A DNA stretch of 62,972 nucleotides, filler included, from Octopus bimaculoides (taxonomy: Eukaryota), in NCBI RefSeq assembly GCF_001194135.2. It is 7 parts of 7 records of this genome, joined end to end, with 100 filler letters (N's around TTAATTAATTAA, not from the genome) between each part and the next. Parts side by side here need not be neighbours in the genome. Positions count along the whole stretch, not along the records: positions 48,926 to 53,151 come from NW_026335420.1; positions 53,252 to 58,188 come from NC_068982.1; positions 58,289 to 60,401 come from NW_026420543.1; positions 60,502 to 62,972 come from NC_068984.1; 3 more parts are not named here. One strand, written 5' to 3'. Positions 52,961-62,972 of the stretch are shown here, piece by piece. The notes below the pieces were generated by a model that was not told the origin of the DNA, ran no database searches, and was given only the letters and a program-made list of their open reading frames with translations. A program made the translations under genes and the position numbers. The stretch's first letter is position 1, and every line of letters begins with the position of its first letter.

Positions 52961-53713
52961 TTGTTTCAGTCATAAGACTGTGGCCATGCTGGAGCTCTTG
53001 AATTTGTATTCTATGTGTGGTACCTTTTATGTCTGATGGGCAGCAACCTATAGCTCTCTTTTGCTTAAGTGCTAAGTAACAGGGATGCAAATAAAACAAC
53101 ACCGTTTATCAATTAGCAGTTGGGGACACACACTAAGATAGATACACACGCNNNNNNNNNNNNNNNNNNNNNNNNNNNNNNNNNNNNNNNNNNNNTTAAT
53201 TAATTAANNNNNNNNNNNNNNNNNNNNNNNNNNNNNNNNNNNNNNNNNNNNACTGATTTTACTGAGGAGATCTTCCGTGCTCACACAGACATCTGGAGAC
53301 ATCTCTATGAGAGGTCGTAATACCTGTGAGAGGAAGTAGGACAGTCTATAGTTGCTGGAGATATTTGTTCCACAAACTGGTCTGGTTGGAGGCCCCATGA
53401 CAGGGTTTATGTAGGGTTTGTGGTGTTTGTGGTCTTTAGGAAAATAAAAATAAGAAATAAGTGGAAATTTTAATGGTGAGTGTGTTAAATTTTAAGGCAC
53501 AAAAGGAAAATGACTCTCCCCAGACACAACAGAATATGCTTCAACACACGAAATCACATAAAAAATCTTGCAAACCAAATCCCAAAACGAAATTTCAGTA
53601 CTATTTGATGATAATGACAAAAGATTTAAACTTTGGCATAAAACTGCAAATGCAGTTTGACCACTACTATGTTACTCAACATCATCACAAAAAGAAGAAA
53701 TTAGAAAATATAT

Positions 53714-54325
53714 TGATATGTTCTGCATTATGACAATGTATTTTGTCATCTGCGTGACTGGCCCAAACAGTGTACCTTGCTGACTGACGCTGCTTGCTGT
53801 GTCTGTCCACTATTTGCCAGTAGTGGAACAGCCCACTTCTCACTTGGGGGTGTCTGTCACAACACCTCCCCGTCTTGAGATTTTTTTTTTTTTTCACACA
53901 GAATTATTTTTCTCTTCAGAATACTGCAGGTAATACCAGTCGATATTGTTTACCAGTAGCGCTATTAACACATAGCAACTAAAATCCTTCAAATAGATTT
54001 ACATTATTTTTCATTGTGTGTAGTTCAGTTCTGTGTTAGAGTTCCAGTTTTATGAGACACTTTTTTTCTTCAGAATATTTTTTTCAATAGAATTTATATA
54101 TTTTTCACTGTATGTAGTTCAGTTCTGTGTTAGTCTTATCTTCCACTGCATATAGTTCGACTCCATGTTGCCACTGATATGTCCTTTATTATGATAATGT
54201 ATTTCGTCGTCTGCGTGACTGGCCCAGACAGTGTACCTCGCTGACTGACACTGCTTGCTGTGTCTGTCCACTATTTATCAGTAGTGGAACAGCCCACTTC
54301 TCACTTGGGGGTGTCTGCCATAACA
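53714..54325. repeat. About 150-bp direct repeat pair (53714-53864 and 54175-54325)
   Basis: By hand count there are 10 mismatches in the 137-bp core; the offset is 461 bp. Confidence 0.95.
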
Positions 54326-54471
54326 TATATAAAGCTAGCAGTTGTATGGTGGAGATATAGCTAATAATGCGAAGTATGCAGCATGCCAGATATATGAAAT
54401 TTTGGGCAATACTGATTTTTTAAGATATATAATAAAAGGAAGGAAACATTTGTTATCAGAAAGGTACCAAC

Positions 54472-54618
54472 CTCTTTTGGACTAATAGAATCTACAGCTT
54501 TGAACATTCCTTCTATACAAGTATTTATGATAGGTAACACGCGCTTTTCTTGGTCAGCAAAAGATTTCAAAAAGCTTTTCAGTCGGCTAATCCTTTTTTC
54601 ATCCATATCTTGTAATTG
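54472..54618 (-). CDS. Cip4: Internal coding exon (49 aa) of a CIP4/FNBP1/FNBP1L (Toca-1) family F-BAR protein
   Basis: Translation QLQDMDEKRISRLKSFLKSFADQEKRVLPIINTCIEGMFKAVDSISPKE matches the C-terminal F-BAR segment I recall for this family (QLQEMDE.R ... V.PII..C.EG...A..SI). Acceptor tttatgtttaag|CAA, donor GAG|gttggt, 147 bp, phase 0-0. Confidence 0.85.
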
Positions 54619-55916
54619 CTTAAACATAAACCAAAGCATTAGAATTCATTTTACAAAATCAATATAAAAACTGAATTAAGAAAATGTAAAAGCATCTCAC
54701 ACACATATTACTTTCAATCAACTCATTTTGCTGTTATGTATGTCAATGATTTTAGGGCTGAATGCTATCCCTATCACTTCTTTACAACATACAATGGGAT
54801 TATATTGAAATATGAATGACATGAGAGAAGTTGTTGCAGGAATAAAGAGTTTCTGATACCCTGGATTAATTTTTATTTGGAATTACTGCTTTCCTAAACA
54901 ACACTGCAGCTTGTAAAGTTTACATTTCCTATGTTCATTCCTTTGGTTCTTTCAAAGAGTCGACAGCCCTTAGATTCTGCAATGGTAATCAGATCATCCA
55001 ATGATGCCCTAAACTCTGAGCTATTACTTTAAGGACTATGGTGATGAAAAGTTAAAGGGAAGTCTAGGCAAACACTCACACCCACCACCACCACTGAAAT
55101 AGCTAAATCTTATCCTAATTACAGTACCCTCACACATAGTTTGGCAGTTTTCGAAAAAACAATACTAATGGGGAGGTGATAGTGGTGAAATTTAATGTGA
55201 GAATATTAAATCATTACTTGGGAAATTATCCGATAACCAATGGATGAAAATAACAAATGAAAGTGAAAAACTGAAATATTGAAAGATAATTGCATTGAAT
55301 AAAATTTATCAATATTTACCACATACACTTGCATGATGGACACAAATGCACATATTAGGATATATAATATATATTATTAACCTGTATGTGTATACACATG
55401 TGTGTGCAAATAAAGATGTGTGTGTGTGTGTGCATATGCAAGAAAATATATGTGTGTTTACATATATATTATAAAAACTATTTAATTCTGACTGATAATT
55501 CATATCAAATACCAAAGTGGACACATCTTTGACATGCTAGGGGACACAGTTCAGTTGGCCCCTCCTTATATGAAAATCAAGTAATTTATCCAGCTACTTA
55601 TCTAGCTGATTCAATCAATGTTTCTGCCTCACTAGGGCAAAAGCCATATCCTCTCTTCTTTTGTCACTTTAGGACAGTCTTTTGTTTAAAAATCCTAACT
55701 TGTATCTGAAATTCCTGACTCAACACCCATCTACCTTAATGTTATTCAAAAAATAGACTACCCCATCATAAAAATCTTGAAGCTATGGGATACTGCATAA
55801 TTAACTGAAAATAATGTGGATAAATAAACATTACATTTAACAGAATAATCTGAATGCCATATCCTCCCATTTATTGTGTTGTAACCTGATAGCTTAGATC
55901 TCTATACGTTTAATGT

Positions 55917-56860
55917 ATAAAGAGTGAAAAGTTTTGAATGGTACAAGGCACTATAATACAAACAATGGGCTATATACCTGTTGTAATTTAGTCATCCATA
56001 GTCTGATATTTCAGAATAAAATTCTTTCTTCAGATAGTCTTAGATAGAGTTGCTGCTATAATCGGTTTTCCAATGGCTTTTTTTTTTTTTTCCCGGAAGC
56101 GTCTCACGAAGTTCCTTCCAGAATTCCTCATGAGAAGTGTGTGAGGTTGGCCATGTCTCAATCTTGTGTGTGTTAGTACATCTGTAGTACTGCTTCTAAG
56201 TTATGTATTATACGTGCAGCTTCTTTTTTTTCCCCTTCCTATTTTTCTCTTTATTTCTTGTTATAAACAATGTTGTGTATAGAATACAATGTAACAAATG
56301 CAACAAGTTCTATGTGGGTAGCACAACAAGATCGTTACATGTCCGCATCAAAGAACATCTGAACACGAGAGCCTCCTCCTTCAGAAAACATATTAACAAC
56401 AGGCTGGAGGTTGGTAATCAATATATTAATTAGCTACATTTGGATGTGTGTAGGTTCATTTTTGATATGCTCATTTATTGTTTATAACAAAAAAAAAAAG
56501 AGAAGAGAAAAAAGAGAAGGGGGGGAAAAAAGGAAGCTGCATGTATAATACATAACTTAGGAGCAGCGCTACAGATGTACCAACACACACGAGATTGAGA
56601 CAAGGCCGACCTCATGCACTTCTCATGAGGAATTCCAGAAGGAGCTTCATGAGACCACTGCTGAGACGCTTCCAGAAAAAAAAAACCAGAAAAGCCATTG
56701 GAAAACCGATTATAGCAGCGACTCCATCTAAGAATATCTGAAGAAAGAATTTTATTCCGAAATATCATCAGACTATGGATGACTAAATTACAACAGGTAT
56801 ATAGTCCATTGTTTGTATTATGGTACATTGTTGTATCATTCAAAACTTTTTATTCTTTAC
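55917..56860. mobile_element. Penelope-like element with inverted terminal arms (about 55917-56271 and 56477-56860) around a GIY-YIG fragment (56266-56400, +)
   Basis: The arms are reverse complements over about 350 bp by manual comparison. The spacer encodes NNVVYRIQCNKCNKFYVGSTTRSLHVRIKEH. Confidence 0.8.
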
Positions 56861-57290
56861 AAACAATACACAATGCTTCAAGCAAACTACAATACTATCC
56901 TATTTAATGTATAGATTTAATATACATTCACATTAAATGTTGCCTCTTCAATTTTAATAGAATATTACAATAATTCTTTTAATATTTTGTTCATTTTCAC
57001 CTATTTTTGTTTATAGCAAACCTTTTTTTTTCACTTTGAAGAATTATATACCAGGGTTATTTTCCACAACATTGGCTGACCAAGACAGTATTCTTACCTT
57101 TGTGAAGAAATTATGTGCCTCCAGCCAGCAGGTCTGATGAATCACCTATATTGTTAAGAGCATAATACACGCGAAACCAATGGTAATTTTCTGACCAGCC
57201 ATAACTAGCAACTACACCAAATATATGTTTGTATACATGTGTATGTATATGTATATTTATTTTTTAAATATGTATGTATACATCTATCTA

Positions 57291-57334
<44 letters not shown>

Positions 57335-57344
57335 NNNNNNNNNN

Positions 57345-57389
<45 letters not shown>

Positions 57390-57400
57390 CATACATATGT

Positions 57401-58060
57401 CCTTTATCTTTTACATGTTTCAGTCACTGGACTGAGGCTAAGCTGGGACACCATCTTGAAGAGATTTTAGTCAAAGGAATCAACCACAGTATGTACAAAC
57501 CAACATTAGTTGCCAAGTGATGGGTGGCATACACAAACACAAAGACATACACATATGCATCCAGTTTCATCTGCCAAATCCACCTGTAAGGCTTTGGAGA
57601 GACCAGCGCTATAGTAGAAGACACTAGCACAAAGTACCATACAGTGAAACTGAACTGGAAACTATGTGGTTGGGAACCAAACCTCCTATCACAGAGCCGT
57701 GTGTGTGTGCATATGTATACTGATGGATATAAGTATATACATGCTCTTTTACTTGTTTCAGTCATTTGACTGCGGCCATGCTGGAGCACCACCTTTAGTC
57801 GAGAAAATCGACCCCAGGACTTATTCTTTGTAAGCCTAGTACTTATTTTATCGGTCTTTTTTTGCCGAACCACTAAGTTACGGGGACCTAAACACACCAG
57901 CATCGGTTGTCAAGCGATGGTGGGGGGACAAACACAGACACACAAACACTCACACATACATATACATATATATACATATATACGATGGGCTTCTTTCAGT
58001 TTCCATCTACCAAATCTACTCACAAGGCTTTGGTCGGCCCGAGGCTATAGTAGAAGACAC
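57401..58060 (-). mobile_element. Two tandem SINE family A copies (old 57401-57700, young 57744-58060)
   Basis: Both begin with the reverse-complement tail (ttttac.tgtttcagtca); the second is close to the 33430 copy. Confidence 0.85.
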
Positions 58061-58188
58061 TAGCACAAAGTACCATACAGTGAAACTGAACTGGAAACTA
58101 TGTGGTTGGGAACCAAACCTCCTATCACAGAGCCGTGTGTGTGTGCATATGTATACTGATGGATATAAGTATATACATGCTCTTTTAC
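57608..58188. repeat. Exact 145-bp duplication (57608-57752 and 58044-58188) ending at a spacer gap
   Basis: The two copies are identical by eye; period 436 bp. Confidence 0.9.
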
Positions 58189-58484
58189 NNNNNNNNNNNN
58201 NNNNNNNNNNNNNNNNNNNNNNNNNNNNNNNNTTAATTAATTAANNNNNNNNNNNNNNNNNNNNNNNNNNNNNNNNNNNNNNNNNNNNAGTGTATGTTTA
58301 TAGATGTTATTGGTGTTCTAATTTGGGTTTACAAATTAGGAGTGTTTAGATAACATATATCAAGCGAAATCAGTCTATGATACCTTTTTACATATAAAGG
58401 TATAATTGCCATGTGTCTCTTGAATTATTTGAGGAACTAATATGTTACAAGTTAATTTGTTAGCGTTATATAAATAAGTATTTA

Positions 58485-59990
58485 TTATCTGAATGCTGTG
58501 AACATGTGTTGCTGCCAATGTTTACATCTGTAAGAGTTTTCGATGAACGTGTTCACCAGTTTATTCTTTGAAAATAAAATAAAAAATAGCTCGGTATTAC
58601 ATAATGGACAAAATCTTCTACCTTTGTCATATGGTCTAGAAATGGAAAGAATTAGCCAGTCTAATTTAAATTTTATGTTATTGTCTTTGAGTTCCCAAAC
58701 TAATTTACTGAGGCTCGTGGTTTTTCGTTTGTTTCTATCTCTAAAGGACGTATAATGATTGGAAATTCTGGAGGATATTGGCGAAGAAGATGATCCAATA
58801 TAAAATGACACATTTGTAGAAGTGCTGACCTGGCATTGATATATAGTGTTTTTGAGATTGGCATTATCACTTTAAAAACTAATTCTTTTGCTATTAACTT
58901 CCGAAATAATGATTTTGTTGTAATTATCATTATTATATATCATATTATAATTATTGTTCTTTGGTTTATTATTAGTATTATTATTGTTATTATGGTAAAA
59001 GTTTGTAATGCCTGACTTAATGTTATTGCTGTTGGTACTCTCTTGTGAATTTAATAGTCTCATATTGTGTGTGGATATTATTTGTGAGATGTTTTTAGTG
59101 TTAGAGAAACTGAATCTAACCCTATGAGTGTTTATGACTGGGAAATAGAGAGAATGTCTTGGAAAATTCTTATTAACAGCATTTCGGAACTGGGAAACCA
59201 GATTTGATTTAATATTTTTACCAAAAGGTATTATCAGCCAAATATTTTTATCAGATTCTGGTTTAGAATGTGTGCTATTATTATTTCTAAATAGTTTCAA
59301 TTTATTATTGCTATTATTGAAAAAGGGTTTAAACTGACGGTTACTTCCCCTATAATGTAAAGAAATGTTTGATTGTTTGTTATTGTCAATACTTTTATGA
59401 TGAGAATGATAATTGTATTTATCGTTGCTGTTGATATTAATATCTATATTACTACGGGTATTGATTTCATAAGTGGAATTAATATTACTAACTTTTTCTC
59501 TATATCCTGCTTTTAATAAAGCAGAGTTGTAAAAGTCAGCTTCCTTATTGAAAATATTTTCATTTGTGGATAAATTTGATAGTCTAAGTGAAATGTTCCT
59601 AACTAAATTTCTTGTTACCGAATTAGGATGATTACTGAAATTTTGCTAATGTATTTAAGGTTAGTGGAGGGTTTGTGGTAAGGAAAGAAGGTTTTTGTGT
59701 GTAGGTCTAGAATGACATCTAGGAAATTGGCTATGGATGTTTTGTCTTCAAAGGTTATACTAAAGCCCATTCTACTGAAAAATCTGGCTAGTCTATTTTT
59801 AACTTTTTGTACTTTTTGGTTTGTGGTATTATTTAGATAAAGTAAACAATCGTCCCGGTATAGACCCCGCTTAATGTTTGGGAATTGGTCTTCTAATTCG
59901 TATAGAATGTATGTGCAGACCACGTCAGCTATTTGTGCTGAGTCGGAGCTTCCCATAGGGACGTCAACTTAATAACATAATCCATTTCTG
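58485..59990 (-). mobile_element. Penelope-like retroelement, 5'-truncated: RT C-terminal half, linker and GIY-YIG endonuclease, frameshifted
   Basis: ORF pieces VPMGSSDS...GLYRDD...NFLDV (RT), IWLIIPF...HNMRLL (linker) and FYIGSS...RISNHYTSF...LSKLVWELKD...CPLCNTE...CKH (GIY-YIG plus C-terminal Cys/His motif). Confidence 0.9.
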
Positions 59991-61447
59991 TAGATTAATA
60001 GACCACCCATTAAATTTATTAATTAATTGTCAATCATTTAATATCTTACTAACTAATATAAGAAATCACTTTCCTATACATATTCCACTGCTTTAATATC
60101 AATCACCACACAACTACCGTGTGCATATACGTACTAAGGAGTGTATACAAATGCGTGACCCTGAAGAGATACAATATTCCATTTTTTGTCACAGACAAGA
60201 GTGAGTTGGGATATTGCATCGAAATGTACAGAGGTCATTAAACAAGTTTCTACGATGGATCGCGTTATAGCTCTTATTTAAATTGATATCCACACAAAAT
60301 TGTATGATAAACAAACTTTGATATGAAAATTTTGCTACGTTGATAACAGGTACAATATTTTTCTGAAATATTTGGTAGAGATCTAAAAATAAATATATAT
60401 ANNNNNNNNNNNNNNNNNNNNNNNNNNNNNNNNNNNNNNNNNNNNTTAATTAATTAANNNNNNNNNNNNNNNNNNNNNNNNNNNNNNNNNNNNNNNNNNN
60501 NGTATTTATGCATATCTATATGGAGATAGATATATAATTTCAGTTTATACATGTGTTTCTGCTTGGGTATATATATGTATGTATATATATACACACATAC
60601 ATCTATATATGTGTGTATGTGCGCGCGCGTGTGTTTGTATAACACTAAAAGATGTCGAATGTATATGGATTTATTTTCATTCATAGATACGTATGCTTAC
60701 ATGTATATACAGTTGTACGTGATAGGTGTGCACAGTGATAATTTATGTATAGGAAATAAGACGGAGGGAAATAATTTGGTGTATATAGATTTATGTTTAT
60801 ATATACGCACACAAAGATATATAGAAGTAAATACATGCATAAATACACATATAAACGTATCCCTATGAATATAAAAGTAAATATCTTTTACACCGACCAA
60901 GTGAAACATTCTTAAATGAAACTTAAATGTTGATTTTTTTTATATTTTAATTCTTAAGCAGAAGAGCTTTTTAAGGAGATGTTAATGCGATCACCGGAGT
61001 CAGTTCCATAAATTATTTATATCTCATTGAGACACCCCAGTGAGTTCTATGTGTGATATTAATATTAATATAATTGACGTTATTTTAATATTTATATAAC
61101 ATATTAATATAAGCTATTTTTATCTGCTATCTTAACAGATCTCATTTTATGGAATGCAGAATAATCAAGATGTAAAACTGATCCCAATTGAGCGGATTTA
61201 AATCACAAACTTTGGTTCGTTGATGGCCCATTCATGGTAAAGCTCTCAAGTGTGGAATATGATTCAATATACTTTAACCTTATCCGATCAGCCAAGAAAA
61301 AAATAATAATTCGGGTAGCTGGTGATGTGATGGATGACGAGCGCCGATTTTTTTTTTTTTTTTTTTTTGTAATTACTTCTCTATACTTTCTCTATATCTT
61401 TAAATTTGCACACATTATTTAGTATGGGATCTAGAATAATGAAGTTA

Positions 61448-61660
61448 TAAGTGGTTGCTGAAAAGTTCTGGGCTTCGGGTAAAATAAAATACAGGAGAAT
61501 CATTTAACCATGATTTTGTTCAACATATTCGCTTCTCAGATTCACGCAATTGTTACAGCGGTCCTTCAATTTTTCTAAGTTGCGTAAAAGAATTCAGAAG
61601 TTTGAGCCTCCAAATGGCGTTTCGTGACATCCTTGAACCAGAAGCTTTCAACTTCCCACG
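61448..61660. mobile_element. Mariner-type MITE (about 213 bp)
   Basis: Left ta|taagtggttgctgaaaagttctgggctt and right aaccagaagctttcaacttcccacg|ta are imperfect inverted termini with TA flanks. Confidence 0.65.
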
Positions 61661-62078
61661 TATAGTTTTAAAAAAGCAGTAAATCACTCTTCAATCACAT
61701 ATACCTGCCTTTAATAAATAAAGGATACGTTANNNNNNNNNNNNNNNNNNNNNNNNNNNNNNNNNNNNNNNNNNNNNNNNNNNNNNNNNNNNNNNNNNNN
61801 NNNNNNNNNNNNNNNNNNNNNNNNNNNNNNNNNNNNNNNNNNNNNNNNNNNNNNNNNNNNNNNNNNNNNNNNNNNNNNNNNNNNNNNNNAAACTAAAAGG
61901 AATGCTTGAATGATTAAAGATTTACTGAATGTCAGAATTTTGTTTTTAGAGTCCGTGTGGGATCATAGATACACACTTGAGAAAAACTCAGTACATGAAT
62001 ATGCTCCATAGAGGGTTTTAATTTGTATAACGATCTTCCAAAATTCATGCGCAGTGTGTCTGACCCGGGCGAGCCATA

Positions 62079-62119
<41 letters not shown>

Positions 62120-62929
62120 CTGTATTCAGCCACTACTAAAATTCTGCGATTTATTTTGGCAATATCTTTGAAGTTCTAAAAATTTTTGTAAGTTCCTTGA
62201 AGTTTATTTCTTTCACTAGATATGATAAAGACACGACACACAGACACACACATATACAAACGCACGCACATATTTCTATGTGAGTGTATGTTATAACATA
62301 TGAAACAGAAATTTAATGCGTAGTTTATTAAAATCTGACCTATGACAGCACGGCTGCTAACATTTTCATATATGAGCGTTTTTTAACGAACACACACTTA
62401 CATACACACATAATGATATATATCTACGTGTGAGTGTATATCTATCTATTGATCTAAATACATATACACACACATATACATACGCGCGCGCACGTACACA
62501 CACATGTGATTAATGAGAGAGACAGAAGATGGAAGTTTATTGAGGCAGACGGAAGACGGAAGTTTATTGATGACTACAATCGTTTCGACCCATCTAGCAT
62601 CGATCCCTCTCGGGTGAGAAATTGAACACCTGGTAGGTGTATCCGTCTGGGTAGATTGTGTTTTCTCAGGTGATTACAAGATGTGTCTCGTTAAAATAGC
62701 GTCTGTTCAGCAAGATTTCTCCTCGGTTTGTACATACAAAGACAGCAAATTAAGGGATACAGTTTCATTATAATAGAAGATCAATAACAGGTATCAGATG
62801 CAAAAATAAACAAATACCCAATGGACGCTAAAAAAAATGAACGTGCTTTACTGGTAGGCCACCAGGTGTATACCATACGATTTACTAACTAATAACAATA
62901 ATAATGATAATAATAGTAATAATAATAAT

Positions 62930-62972
<43 letters not shown>

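Noticed and set aside
50727-53036. 378-aa, 322-aa, 253-aa and 222-aa F/L/S-rich ORFs and K/E/R-rich antisense ORFs
   Set aside because: A C/T-only tract cannot form stop codons, so these are compositional artefacts.
57100-57150. 48-bp minus-strand mini-exon VIHQTCWLEAHNFFTK with donor AAG|GTAAGA as the upstream F-BAR exon
   Set aside because: The acceptor is weak and the peptide does not resemble the expected preceding F-BAR helix.

Overview
Eukaryotic, AT-rich, microsatellite-saturated genomic DNA. The tRNA-derived SINE families and simple-repeat load resemble octopus (coleoid cephalopod) DNA; this assignment is from pattern recognition, not a search. The assembly is gappy, with many N runs and six artificial 44N-TTAATTAATTAA-44N spacers. 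Only one host coding exon is recognisable: a 147-bp phase 0-0 exon (54472-54618, minus) of a CIP4/FNBP1/Toca-1-type F-BAR protein; I could not find its neighbouring exons in the window. The rest is mostly intronic or intergenic sequence filled with transposon remnants: at least three SINE families, two RTE-clade LINE remnants, an old LINE fragment, three Penelope-like elements, a mariner, a Tc1-type transposase with DD36E spacing, and several MITEs. The best leads are: a minimal type I hammerhead ribozyme with a complete catalytic core (47285-47373, minus) next to a Penelope fragment, with an upstream hairpin that could sequester its stem I; decayed hammerhead cores elsewhere; a 5'-inverted (twin-priming-like) RTE insertion; a 350-bp Penelope inverted repeat and near-abutting inverted SINEs that could form dsRNA; and an in-frame Asp-rich candidate terminal exon for the F-BAR gene. 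I found no CRISPR array, rRNA or true tRNA gene. Nearly all ORFs in the supplied track are microsatellite or N-gap artefacts. Coordinates of degenerate repeats are approximate (about +/-20 bp).
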